From the NCBI GenBank assembly GCA_964649365.1, contig CAZYPJ010000002.1, positions 11,263-56,682 of the forward strand: a DNA stretch of 45,420 nucleotides. Reading direction: 5' to 3'. The notes below the pieces were generated by a model. That model saw only the letters and a program-made list of their open reading frames with translations, was not told the DNA's origin and did not search any database. Below, in pieces: positions 8,267 to 17,459 of this stretch (positions are counted from its first letter, which is position 1; every line of letters starts with the position of its first letter). A program made the translations under genes and the position numbers. The stretch comes from an uncultured Anaerolineales bacterium (GTDB lineage: Bacteria; Chloroflexota; Anaerolineae; UBA1429).

Positions 8267-9058
8267 TCAGAAAAGCCCCTGAATATAGCCCCCATCCACT
8301 TGGATCGTCGTTCCCGTGATATAGCTGGCGCGCTCGGAGGCGAGAAACGCGACGAGCGCCGCCAATTCTTCGGGTTTGCCCAAGCGGCGGGCCGGGATTG
8401 AGGCTTCCCACTGGGCCATGACCTGATCCACGGGGACCGCAGCAGCCTTTGCGTTGACGGCGGCCAGGTCGCGCACGCGATCGGTGAGGGTATAGCCCGG
8501 GCAAACGTTGTTGACGGTGATCCCCTCGGCGGCTACCTCGCCCGCCAGCGTTTTGGCCATCGCCACGACGCCTGAACGCACCGCGTTCGAGAGGATGAGC
8601 GTAGGCATGGGCTGCTTCACCGAGACCGAGGTGATGTTGATGATCCGCCCCCAGCGCCGGGCGCGCATTCCAGGCAACACCAGGCGTGTAAGCCGGATGG
8701 CGCTCATCAGGTTAAGGTTAACGGCGTTGAGCCAATCCTCGTCGGATACATCGGTGAATTGGCCTGATTTAGGACCGCCAGCGTTATTCACGAGAATATC
8801 AACACGACCGTAGGCCGTTTCAGCGGCGCGCACCAAGGCCTCTACATCCTTTTCCGCCCCTACATCGGCGCGTAGAGCCAGTGCTTGCGCCCCCGTGAGG
8901 CGACGGATTTCGCGCGCAGCAGCTTGCAAATCGGCGTCGCCGCGCGCCGTGACGACTACCTGGGCGCCCTCGCGCGCCAATTCCAGCGCTGTTGCTTTGC
9001 CCAGGCCGCGACTGGCTGCGACTACCAGCGCTACTTTGTCTTTTAGTCCTAGATCCAC
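8267..9058 (-). CDS. SDR family oxidoreductase (FabG/beta-ketoacyl reductase-like)
   Basis: Contains KDKVALVVAASRGLGKATALELAREGAQVVVTAR (Rossmann dinucleotide-binding site), NNAG, and C-terminal ASYITGTTIQVDGG. The track start (9115) is probably over-extended. The GTG at complement of 9056-9058 is preceded by AAGGAGGGA with a 5-nt spacer, giving VDLGLKDKVALV... (263 aa). Confidence 0.9.
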   Translation of the reverse strand: MDLGLKDKVALVVAASRGLGKATALELAREGAQVVVTARGDADLQAAAREIRRLTGAQALALRADVGAEKDVEALVRAAETAYGRVDILVNNAGGPKSGQFTDVSDEDWLNAVNLNLMSAIRLTRLVLPGMRARRWGRIINITSVSVKQPMPTLILSNAVRSGVVAMAKTLAGEVAAEGITVNNVCPGYTLTDRVRDLAAVNAKAAAVPVDQVMAQWEASIPARRLGKPEELAALVAFLASERASYITGTTIQVDGGYIQGLF

Positions 9059-9105
9059 AGTTCCCTCCTTGCGCGCCGCATGGCCAACCATCGGAGAACG
9101 TGACC

Positions 9106-9134
9106 AGTTTAGCACAGAAAAGCCAGGCCGTCAG
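9106..9134 (-). promoter_or_regulatory. Possible promoter of the SDR gene
   Basis: On the minus strand: CTGACG (complement of 9129-9134), 17-nt spacer, TGc-TAAACT (complement of 9106-9114). This is about 45 nt upstream of the GTG start. Hexamer matches are only partial. Confidence 0.3.
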
Positions 9135-9375
9135 CCGCAGCAGATCGTTCGTGGCCATAATCATTTGGCGTAGCGCCTAGAATGTATATACTCGTTACTT
9201 GACGGCTGTACATGATGACCCGGTTGAAACTCGGCGTATATGAATAAATTGTAACATCCCCCAATGACCCCTTTCATCTCGCCTTCATCTCGTTTCCTTA
9301 TGATAGAACAGATGAAAAAGGGCTTCTGTGTGCGATTATGGCATCGCAGCGATCACAGAACGAGCGGGGGGTCAT

Positions 9376-9825
9376 ATGGTTCTGTACGTCCGAGAACTCG
9401 AGCAAGCGGAAAGAGAGGAGCTTGTATCCTGGCTATCGTCAGATGACGCGGAACTCAGGCATCGCGCTCAAGTAGTGCTCCTTTCAGCGGAGGGCTATCG
9501 CATTCCCGAGATCGCGCAAACGCTCAACTCTCATTCGGCCAACCTGCGCAAGTGGATTCATCGTTTCAACACCATGAGCTGTCAGGGGTTGATAACAGTT
9601 CGTTCGGGGGGGGCCAAGCCGCGCTTTAGTCATGAGCAAAAAGCGCGTATCATCGCTCTAGCCCAAAAGCGGCCTCGCGAACTGGGGCTGAACTTTACCG
9701 CCTGGACGTTGCACAAGCTGGCCGAGCAAGCTGAAAAGCGCAAGATCGTGGATCGCATCAGCCACGAGTATATCCGCCAGATTCTGCGCGAGGCGCGTTG
9801 CCCCTACAAGCAGTATGCGCGCTAA
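9376..9825 (+). CDS. Orphan IS630-family transposase N-terminal HTH / winged-helix domain (no DDE catalytic domain; IS remnant or domesticated regulator)
   Basis: MVLYVRELEQAEREELVSWLSSDDAELRHRAQVVLLSAEGYRIPEIAQTLNSHSANLRKWIHRFNTMSCQGLITVRSGGAKPRFSHEQKARIIALAQKRPRELGLNFTAWTLHKLAEQ... follows the typical IS630/Tc1-type two-HTH layout. The ORF stops (TAA 9823-9825) where the DDE domain would normally begin. The next gene starts 127 nt later. ATG 9376 is preferred over the track start 9328. Confidence 0.75.
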   Translation: MVLYVRELEQAEREELVSWLSSDDAELRHRAQVVLLSAEGYRIPEIAQTLNSHSANLRKWIHRFNTMSCQGLITVRSGGAKPRFSHEQKARIIALAQKRPRELGLNFTAWTLHKLAEQAEKRKIVDRISHEYIRQILREARCPYKQYAR

Positions 9826-9952
9826 TCGTTGATCGGGCTGCGCCAGCCGCCATCTTTCAGCTGTTCTTAACGGCAGCGCCACATGGCGCTGATCGCCGCT
9901 TTGTTGTCTTTGCTCACCGAACGCCCCACCATTCAACCGCTGAGGGAATGTC

Positions 9953-11455
9953 ATGCGCATCGCTTTGGTCTCGCCCAAATGGAACCAGATGGTTAACAGC
10001 TATCCCCCGCTTGGGCTAGGCTATCTGGCCGCAGTGATGGAAGCCGAAGGCCACACGGTGACGATTCTGGATTTGGGGCTGCACCCCGATACCTCGTTGG
10101 AGCAAGACCTCGAACGCCTGATCTCCTTTCAGCCCGATCTGATGGGAGTGACGGCCATGACCAACAACTATCATAGCGCCGAGCGCATCCTGGCGTTGGT
10201 CAAAGCGCGGATCGGCTGCGTGACCGTGTTAGGCGGGCCGCACGCTACGATTTTCCCCGACCGCGTGATCGCCGATCCGAATATTGATTATGTGATCTAT
10301 GGTGAAGGCGAAGAGACGCTGCGCGATTTGACTCGCGTCATTGCTAGCAAGGCCCAACCCGATGAAGCGACGCTTCGGGGCATTGCTGGTTTGTGCTACA
10401 AGGTTCATGGCCAGCCGACCCTCAACCAGCCTCGTCCCCACAACCGCAATATGAACGCTCTACCCATGCCCGCACGGCACTTGTTCGAGCTAGAACGTTA
10501 CCCGCTTTATACCCCCAGCGGCGAGCGCATGGTCACGCTGCTTTCCAGTCGCGGTTGCCCTTATAATTGCAGCTATTGCTTCAAGGGCATCGTGGGGCGC
10601 ACCTATCGGCAGCGTAGCCCCGAGAGCATCATCGCTGAGTTGCATCACCTCAAGGATACTTACGGCTATCGCCATTTCTAGTTTATAGATGCCCTCTTTA
10701 CCCTCGACCGTCGCCGCCTAACGGCCCTCACGACGCGGATGATCGAGGAAAAGCTCGATATTCGCTGGCAATGTCTGGCGAGGGTGGATCGCGTGACGCT
10801 CGATCTGTTGCAACTTATGTATCGGGCCGGTTGCCGCGAAGTGCATTACGGCATCGAATCGGGCAACGCCGAGATCCTGCAGGCGTTGGGCAAAGAGATC
10901 ACCCACGATCAGGTGCGCCGGGCTGTGGCCTGGACGGCGCAGGCGGGAATTATGGCTAAGGGCTATTTCATGCTCGGCTTACCTGGCGATACAGAAGAAA
11001 CCATGCAGCAGACGATCCAGTTCGCCAGCGAGCTAGAGTTGGATCAGGCCATGTTCAGCCTCACCACGCCCTTCCCTGGCACGCGCTTGTGGGATGAACT
11101 CGTAGCGCGCCAGCCCGATGTGGTGTTCAATCGCGATTTTTCGCAAGCGTTCTACTATGCCAATTACGACAATCCCGTCAAACCCTTTTTCAATGTGTCA
11201 CAAGTATCCGACGAACGCCTGACCGCGTTGGCTGCTGAGGCGCAGACGCGCTTTCAGGAATCCAAGCGACGACGCAAGTACGTGCGCGCCTTTGGCTCGG
11301 CGGTGGGACAATTCATGTACAACCTGTCGCGGTGGCGCGGCATTCGCAGAGCGGCGCACCGCCTGCTTAATACCCGCTTGCTGCGCAGCCTGCGCGGCGC
11401 GACCCAGATCGGCGAGTACGACGCCAAAAAGGAATACTCCCAGCGATGGAACTAA
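9953..11455 (+). pseudogene. B12-binding-domain radical SAM enzyme interrupted by one in-frame TAG (10679-10681)
   Basis: Track ORFs 9953-10681 and 10739-11455 are in the same frame, and the sequence between them is open except for the TAG. The first part carries the B12-binding-like N-domain and the CPYNCSYC (CxxxCxxC) cluster. The read-through sequence ...KDTYGYRHF*FIDALFTLDRRRLTALTTRMIEEKLDIRW... aligns residue-for-residue with the intact paralog at 42625 (...RERYKIKIINFQDDTFTLDRDW...). RBS GAGGGA precedes ATG 9953. Confidence 0.75.
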
Positions 11456-12453
11456 TCACCAAGATCGGGCGGCGATTGCAGCGTTACGAGCGTAGCGCCA
11501 AAATGGCCGGCCGGTATATCAACTATAGCTTGCACAATGTGCGCCCGTGGGCTTATCCTGATCGGATGTATCTCGAATCTACCAACGCCTGCAACCTGCG
11601 TTGTATCATGTGCCCTACAGGGTGTGGTCTAGCCAAACGTAAAAAGGGTTTTTTGGATTGGGACCTGTTCCGCCAGATTGTGGACGAGATGGCCCCGCAT
11701 GTAAGCATGACCACGCTGCACATTTGGGGGGAGCCGTTGCTGCACCCGCGCATCGTCGAGATGATCGCTTATTGTCGTGACCGCGGTCTGCACGCCGAGA
11801 TTTCCACCAACGCTGTGCTGTTGACGCCCGAGATCAGCCAAGCGATCCTCGACGCTGGGCTGGGGGCCATCTATCTCTGCCTCGATGGCGTCACCGCCGA
11901 AACCTACGAAAAAGTGCGTCGCGAGGCCAGCTTTGAGCAGACCCGCGAGCACATCCTGAAATTCTTGGAGCTACGCACGCGCGGCGGCTATGAACGCCCC
12001 CGCACCAAATTGCAGATCATCGAACTGGCGCCCACGGTGGATCAAATCGAGGCGTTCAAACACACCTGGAGCGTGCCTGGCGTGGATCAAATCAACGTCA
12101 AGGCATTCGACTCATGGGGCGAGCAGGTCGCCGATATCAGCTCGTTGCGCCCCGGCGAGACGCCAAATTTGCCGCCGCGTTACCATTGTCCCAACCTTTG
12201 GTATCACGCACACATCTATTGGGATGGCACGCTGGTCTGCTGCGACCGCGATTTCGACGCCAAATACCCCCTGGGCAATGTGCAGGACGGCGTCATGAAC
12301 GCCTGGCGCGGCCCCGCTATGACCCGCCTGCGGCTCAAGCACCTCAATCACGATCTCGATGATGTGCCTTCGTGCGGCCCTTGTATCGAATGGGCTTGGT
12401 GGCGCCCCACTTGGACTACCGCTCAGGGCAACGCCCCAGTAGAAAGCAAGTGA
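11446..12453 (+). CDS. Radical SAM / SPASM-domain protein
   Basis: ESTNACNLRCIMCP (CxxxCxxC). The Cys-rich C-terminal region is ...YHCPNLWYHAHIYWDGTLVCCDRDFDAKYPLGNV...VPSCGPCIEW (SPASM/twitch-like). The ATG overlaps the stop of the upstream gene (ATGGAACTAA). Confidence 0.88.
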   Translation: MELITKIGRRLQRYERSAKMAGRYINYSLHNVRPWAYPDRMYLESTNACNLRCIMCPTGCGLAKRKKGFLDWDLFRQIVDEMAPHVSMTTLHIWGEPLLHPRIVEMIAYCRDRGLHAEISTNAVLLTPEISQAILDAGLGAIYLCLDGVTAETYEKVRREASFEQTREHILKFLELRTRGGYERPRTKLQIIELAPTVDQIEAFKHTWSVPGVDQINVKAFDSWGEQVADISSLRPGETPNLPPRYHCPNLWYHAHIYWDGTLVCCDRDFDAKYPLGNVQDGVMNAWRGPAMTRLRLKHLNHDLDDVPSCGPCIEWAWWRPTWTTAQGNAPVESK

Positions 12454-12462
12454 GGCGTTGCC

Positions 12463-13995
12463 ATGAACTCGGATCGCCTCACACTAGCGTCTCGTAATCG
12501 CTGGGCCGCGCCCTTGACCACGCTCGTCCTCGTCGCGTTGGCGACGGCGGCGCGTTGGTTTGGCATTGGCGCCGAGTCGCTCTGGCTCGACGAGGCCACT
12601 AGTCTGATCCTGGCGCGTATGAGCGTGCCCGAACTAGTTCGCTGGACGGCGCTCGATATTCATCCCCCGCTCTATTACACATTGTTGCACTTTTGGCGTT
12701 ATCTGGGCGAAAGCGAGGCCGCTATACGCAGCCTCTCGGCGCTGGCCGGGGTGCTGAATGTGCTGGTCATCGCTGCGCTAGGTCGGACGCTGTTTGAACG
12801 TCGCACGGGTTGGATCGCGGGATTATTGCTGGCGCTGGCGCCGCTACACGTTTGGTATTCGCAAGAGGCGCGCATGTACGCCTGGATCGCGCTGCTGGTT
12901 ACTACATCGTTGTGGCTAGCGATAGAAGCGTGGCTTGAGCCTACACGCTGGGTGCTCTGGGTTGGTTACGTGCTTGCCACCACTGCCGCGCTCTATACGC
13001 ACTATTACGCCGTGTTCGGGATCTTGCTCGCTAACCTGTTCTTTCTTTATCTGCTCATCCGCCGCCGTTTGACCAAACGCCTGTTCTGGAGTTGGGCGGC
13101 GGCGCAGGGGGCGGTGTTCGCCCTGTTTCTGCCGTGGTTGCCCACTTTTCTGTTGCCCATCACCGTGGGCGGGGGCGGATGGGTGGCGCTGGGGATGGGT
13201 AAGCCTTCAGTCGCCGTTTTGGCGCAGACGGCAGTGCTCTATATGGTGGGCATGGGGCGGGCGCTCTATCCGGCGCTGATTCGCCGTGCGGCCTATGCTC
13301 TGTTCGTGGGCTTGTTCCTGGTGGGGCTGTGGCCGCGCAAAAGCGTCGCACAGCCTGGAGAGGAGTCGCCGCGCCTGTTTAGCGAACGCGAGACCGTCGG
13401 TTTTTGCCTGGCCTACCTGGTTGCGCCGCTTGGGATCGCCTGGGTGTCGTCGCAGCTCTTCAAGCCGATGTACTCGGCGCGCTACATGCTACCGTTCTTG
13501 ATGCCTTTTGTGTTATTGACAGCGCGAGGTGTGGGGCGCATTCCCTGGCGCGTAGGACGGATAGCGACGCTGGCGGCGCTGGTGGGTACCCTCGTCGTAG
13601 GGATTGTGGCTCAAACCAAGATGATGGACAAGCCCGATTGGCGCAGTTGGGCGCAGCAGATCGCCGCTCGCGCTGAACCGGGGGATGTGGTAGTGTTCGT
13701 GCCTGGGTGGCATGCCAAGCCATTTGATTATTATGCGCGCGGCGCGGTGGAACTCTATGGCGATGTGCCTGTGCCGGTGGATCAGTTCGGCCAGCAAGCC
13801 CTCGACGCAGTAGCGATGGCCATCCGGAACCACCCTAGAGTATGGTTTATCTGGGAGACCGACCATTACACCGACCGCGACGGGCAGGTATATCGCTACC
13901 TAGCCGAACCCTGCCGCCAAATCGAAGAGCACGACTTGCCGCTGGTGGGGCGCGTGATTGTGTTCGATAATTCCGCAAGCAAAGGGCACCCCTAA
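12463..13995 (+). CDS. GT39 / PMT_2-family (ArnT/Pmt-like) GT-C membrane glycosyltransferase
   Basis: Polytopic membrane protein. Loop-1 motif is AESLWLDEATS followed by DIHPPLYYTLLHFW and HVWYSQEARMY. It has a soluble C-terminal domain. RBS GAGG lies 7 nt upstream of the ATG. Confidence 0.88.
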   Translation: MNSDRLTLASRNRWAAPLTTLVLVALATAARWFGIGAESLWLDEATSLILARMSVPELVRWTALDIHPPLYYTLLHFWRYLGESEAAIRSLSALAGVLNVLVIAALGRTLFERRTGWIAGLLLALAPLHVWYSQEARMYAWIALLVTTSLWLAIEAWLEPTRWVLWVGYVLATTAALYTHYYAVFGILLANLFFLYLLIRRRLTKRLFWSWAAAQGAVFALFLPWLPTFLLPITVGGGGWVALGMGKPSVAVLAQTAVLYMVGMGRALYPALIRRAAYALFVGLFLVGLWPRKSVAQPGEESPRLFSERETVGFCLAYLVAPLGIAWVSSQLFKPMYSARYMLPFLMPFVLLTARGVGRIPWRVGRIATLAALVGTLVVGIVAQTKMMDKPDWRSWAQQIAARAEPGDVVVFVPGWHAKPFDYYARGAVELYGDVPVPVDQFGQQALDAVAMAIRNHPRVWFIWETDHYTDRDGQVYRYLAEPCRQIEEHDLPLVGRVIVFDNSASKGHP

Positions 13996-13996
13996 G

Positions 13997-15517
13997 ATGG
14001 TGCGCGGCGCGTCACTCCAAACTAAGCCAAGATGGGATCTGTGGGTCGTTGGCGGGCTGACTGTCTTGGCCCTGGCTTTGCGCTTCTATCGCCTCACCGC
14101 CGAAAGCCTATGGTACGACGAAGCCTATAGCGTTTGGTCGAGCGCGATGGACATCGCCTCGCCGCGCATCCTGTGGGAGTGGCAGATCGAGTTCCCGCTC
14201 TATTACTGGCTGCTCCATATTTGGATGCGGCTTTTCGGCCAGGGCGAGTTCGCGGTGCGCGCTTTTGGCGCGCTGGCGAGCGCGGCCAGCATCACGCCGA
14301 TGTACTATCTGGCCAAGCGACTGTTCGGCCCCACTACCGGCGAAATCGCGGCTTTTTTATTGGCGATCAACCCCTACCATGTATGGTATGCCCAAGATGT
14401 GCGGATGTATCCTTGGGCGTTGCTGTTTGTCACCGTCTCATTGCTCGCTTTTTGGCGTGTGGCGCAGGGGGGCGACTGGGGTTGGCGACTGGTCTATGTG
14501 CTGGCGACGGGTCTCACTTTTCACTTGCATTACTACATCGGCTGGCTGGTGTTGGCCGAGAACGTGTTTGTGCTGGTCGCGCTGTGGCGCGAGCACGGCA
14601 ACCCCTTTTGTCGCGCCGCATGGCTCAAGCTGCGCTTCTGGCTGGCGGCCCAACTTGGCGTGGCGGCGCTGGCCGCGCCGGCGGCGGCGGTGTTTCTGAC
14701 CAAAGCGGTCACGCTGAACCAGTGGGACTGGCTAGCGCAACGTTACGGCGCGCCTGGCCCGCGTGATGTGATCGCGTTGTTTCTATCCTACACTGTAGGT
14801 ACGTTATTTCCCGCGACCTCATCGGTGCGCTGGGCGGTATTGGCGCTCTTTGGTGGGCTGGCTGCCTGGGGCGTATGGTGGGCGCTGGGGCGTGTTCGTC
14901 GTCACGAAACGCCGGGCGGGGCGCTGGGGTTCACGCTGTTGGCATTGATCCTGCCGTTGTTTGCCTGCTTTGCTCTGGGGCAACGCTATTCGGTATGGGT
15001 GACGCGCTACCTGATCCTGTTCCTGCCGCTCTATCTGATCTTGGTAGCGCAAGGCGTCGTCTCGCTCGCGCCTGAGGGAGCGCCGCCATCCTGGCAGCGA
15101 GTGGCCAGCAGGATGCTGGCGCTCCTTTTGGCGGCGCTTGTAAGCGCCTATGCCCTGTGGGCCATGTACACTACGCCGCAAAAAGAGGATTGGCGCGGCG
15201 TGACGGCCCATATCGCAGCACGGGCCGCACCCGATGATTTGATTGTGCTGATGGACGAAGAGTGTCGCGTACCCTGGGATTATTACTATGGCAGCGGCGG
15301 GCGACGTATCGGGGTGAGCCGCTTTGCTGATGATGCTGGGTTGGATCGTGCGTTGGCCGAGATTCAGCAGCAACAACGCGGCAGATACTTGTGGTTAGTG
15401 GTGAGCCATGCCGATAGCGCTGATCTGGAGCAACGCTTGGCAACCTTGCCCAATTTATCGCCTGTGGAGTCGCCATCTTTTATCGGCGTCAAACTAGTGG
15501 TCTATCGTTGGCGGTGA
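13997..15517 (+). CDS. GT39 / PMT_2-family GT-C membrane glycosyltransferase (paralog of 12463)
   Basis: AESLWYDEAYS, EFPLYYWLLHIW and HVWYAQDVRMY are co-linear with the upstream paralog. ATG 13997 lies 1 nt after the upstream TAA. The track start 13958 would overlap the previous gene. Confidence 0.88.
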   Translation: MVRGASLQTKPRWDLWVVGGLTVLALALRFYRLTAESLWYDEAYSVWSSAMDIASPRILWEWQIEFPLYYWLLHIWMRLFGQGEFAVRAFGALASAASITPMYYLAKRLFGPTTGEIAAFLLAINPYHVWYAQDVRMYPWALLFVTVSLLAFWRVAQGGDWGWRLVYVLATGLTFHLHYYIGWLVLAENVFVLVALWREHGNPFCRAAWLKLRFWLAAQLGVAALAAPAAAVFLTKAVTLNQWDWLAQRYGAPGPRDVIALFLSYTVGTLFPATSSVRWAVLALFGGLAAWGVWWALGRVRRHETPGGALGFTLLALILPLFACFALGQRYSVWVTRYLILFLPLYLILVAQGVVSLAPEGAPPSWQRVASRMLALLLAALVSAYALWAMYTTPQKEDWRGVTAHIAARAAPDDLIVLMDEECRVPWDYYYGSGGRRIGVSRFADDAGLDRALAEIQQQQRGRYLWLVVSHADSADLEQRLATLPNLSPVESPSFIGVKLVVYRWR

Positions 15518-15528
15518 GCGAGGCCCAC

Positions 15529-17439
15529 ATGAGTGCAGCGAGCAACCCGACACGCCGAGTTTGGGCCACGCACCTGGCGGTGATTCTTGCCTATGGGTTG
15601 CTCACGCTGGTCATGACCTGGCCGCTGGCAGCGCGATTCAATCGCGCAGTGTTGGGGCCGCCGGGCGATAATCTGGAATATGTCTGGAAGATGTGGTGGT
15701 TCAAGCACGCATTGCTTGATCTCGGCGTCTCGCCGTTTTTTGCGCCGGATGTGTTCTACCCGTTCGGCTATCCGGTGGCGCTTTCGGAGACAACCGTGAC
15801 GCACACCGTGCTCGGGTTGCCGCTCACCGTGCTGTGGGGCGAGGTAGCATCCTATAACACCATGATAGTGTGCTCGTTCGTACTCAGCGGCTATGGTCTC
15901 TATCTCTATTTGCGCGGAATGGGCTGCGGCGTGGCGGGAAGCTTCATCGGCGGGGCGGCGTTTGCATTTTGCCCTTACCGGATGTCGCATCTAGGCGCGG
16001 GACATCTGCCACTCATGGGCACGGGCTGGATTCCGCTTCTGCTGTTGGCATTGGAGTGGTTGATACATAAGCCAAATGGATGGCGCGGCGCGCTGGTGGG
16101 CGTGTGTTATGCGTTGACGGCGCTTTCCTCGTGGTATTACGCCGTGATGGTGGGCGCCTTTGCTGGGCTGTACTTGCTCGTGCGGGCGCGCCCCTGGCGA
16201 GTGATGCTGGGTTGCGCGCGGTTGTGGCTGGGGATGGAAGTTGCCGCTTTGGTCGCAGCGGCGCTGATCGCCCCCGCCGCGTGGCCCATCGTCAAGTTGT
16301 ACAGCGAAGGGCAGACTACATACAATTACGCTCTCAGTTATGTGGATCAGTGGTCGGCCAGCCCACTGGACTTTGGCTATCCGAATGCCATGCACCCTTG
16401 GTGGGGCGGCTTTCTGACGACGCATTACTATCAAAATATCAACGAGAACCTGGTCTATCTGGGTTGGGCTGCGCTGGTCCTGGCGGCGCTGGGGTTGTGG
16501 GCGCGCCATCGTGATCCCTGGCCTCGAAACCTGGCTCTCTTGGGGCTGATCGCACTGATCCTGGCGCTAGGTACGACATTGCACGTGGCGGGCAAACCGA
16601 TTTATGTTCGCGTGCCCCAGGGGATAGAGTATCAGTTCTCGCGGGCAATGTATGTACTGACGGGCAAACTGGCGTTGCACCGGGTGGATTACAGCCCTCT
16701 ACGCCGCGAGGGGGCCATCGTGTTGCCGTTGCCGACGCTGCTCCTTTATCTATTCGTCCCGACTATGAACGCTATGCGTGTATGGAGTCGCTTTGGCATC
16801 TTGGTGATGCTGATGGTGGCCGCATTGGCGGGCTTGGGCGGCGATGCTTTGCTGGCGCGGATCGGGACGCAGCGGCGTGCGGGGCGCAGCATAATCGGAG
16901 TAGCCCTCGCGTTGCTGGTGCTGGTTGATTTCGCCGCGCTGCCCTATCCCTATGGCTATACGGAGGTCAGGGGGCAGCCGGTGGACGATTGGCTGGCGCA
17001 GCAGCCAGAGGGTACGCCCATCATCCACTATCCGCTAGACAAGACCTGGTACGGCTGGATGCTGTACCCGACGCGGATACACGGCCAGCCCATCGCTTAT
17101 GGCTATGGCACGTTCGCGCCGGAGGCGTACCGCGCGAGCCAACCGACCCTGGAGATGTTTCCTAGCGCCGAATCGCTGGCGCTATTGCGAGAATGGGGCG
17201 TCAAATACGCCCTGGTGGGGGCGCACAGCTATGGCGACGCCTGGCCCGAGATCGAGCGCCAGCTGGCCGCCGCGCCTGGCGTGCAGCTGGTGGCGGTGTT
17301 CGAGGATCGTCCGCTGTACGGCGGCGACCGATTGCTGCATCTGGCGCGACCCAGCGCCGATGTGCCCTCGACTGAGTTGATCAGTGGCCCTTATCAGACC
17401 TATCTGAACGATGAGATTCACGTCTATGCGATCCAATAG
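15529..17439 (+). CDS. Polytopic membrane protein, YfhO/GT-C-like putative glycosyltransferase (paralog of 37605)
   Basis: More than 10 predicted TM segments. N-terminal motif: LTLVMTWPLAARFNRAVLGPPGDNLEYVWKMWWFKHALLDLGVSPFFAPDVFYPFGYPVALSETT. C-terminal soluble part: AYGYGTFAPEAYRASQPTLEMFPSAESLALLREWGVKYALVG. Both segments are conserved in the protein at 37605. The track start is TTG 15508; ATG 15529 is preferred. Confidence 0.75.
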   Translation: MSAASNPTRRVWATHLAVILAYGLLTLVMTWPLAARFNRAVLGPPGDNLEYVWKMWWFKHALLDLGVSPFFAPDVFYPFGYPVALSETTVTHTVLGLPLTVLWGEVASYNTMIVCSFVLSGYGLYLYLRGMGCGVAGSFIGGAAFAFCPYRMSHLGAGHLPLMGTGWIPLLLLALEWLIHKPNGWRGALVGVCYALTALSSWYYAVMVGAFAGLYLLVRARPWRVMLGCARLWLGMEVAALVAAALIAPAAWPIVKLYSEGQTTYNYALSYVDQWSASPLDFGYPNAMHPWWGGFLTTHYYQNINENLVYLGWAALVLAALGLWARHRDPWPRNLALLGLIALILALGTTLHVAGKPIYVRVPQGIEYQFSRAMYVLTGKLALHRVDYSPLRREGAIVLPLPTLLLYLFVPTMNAMRVWSRFGILVMLMVAALAGLGGDALLARIGTQRRAGRSIIGVALALLVLVDFAALPYPYGYTEVRGQPVDDWLAQQPEGTPIIHYPLDKTWYGWMLYPTRIHGQPIAYGYGTFAPEAYRASQPTLEMFPSAESLALLREWGVKYALVGAHSYGDAWPEIERQLAAAPGVQLVAVFEDRPLYGGDRLLHLARPSADVPSTELISGPYQTYLNDEIHVYAIQ

Positions 17440-17459
17440 TCATTCGAAGAGGAGTGAAC

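Noticed and set aside
9116-9952. Intact IS630 insertion sequence.
   Set aside because: Only the ~150-aa HTH half of the transposase is present. There is no DDE domain in any frame before the next gene at 9953, and I could not identify matching terminal inverted repeats.
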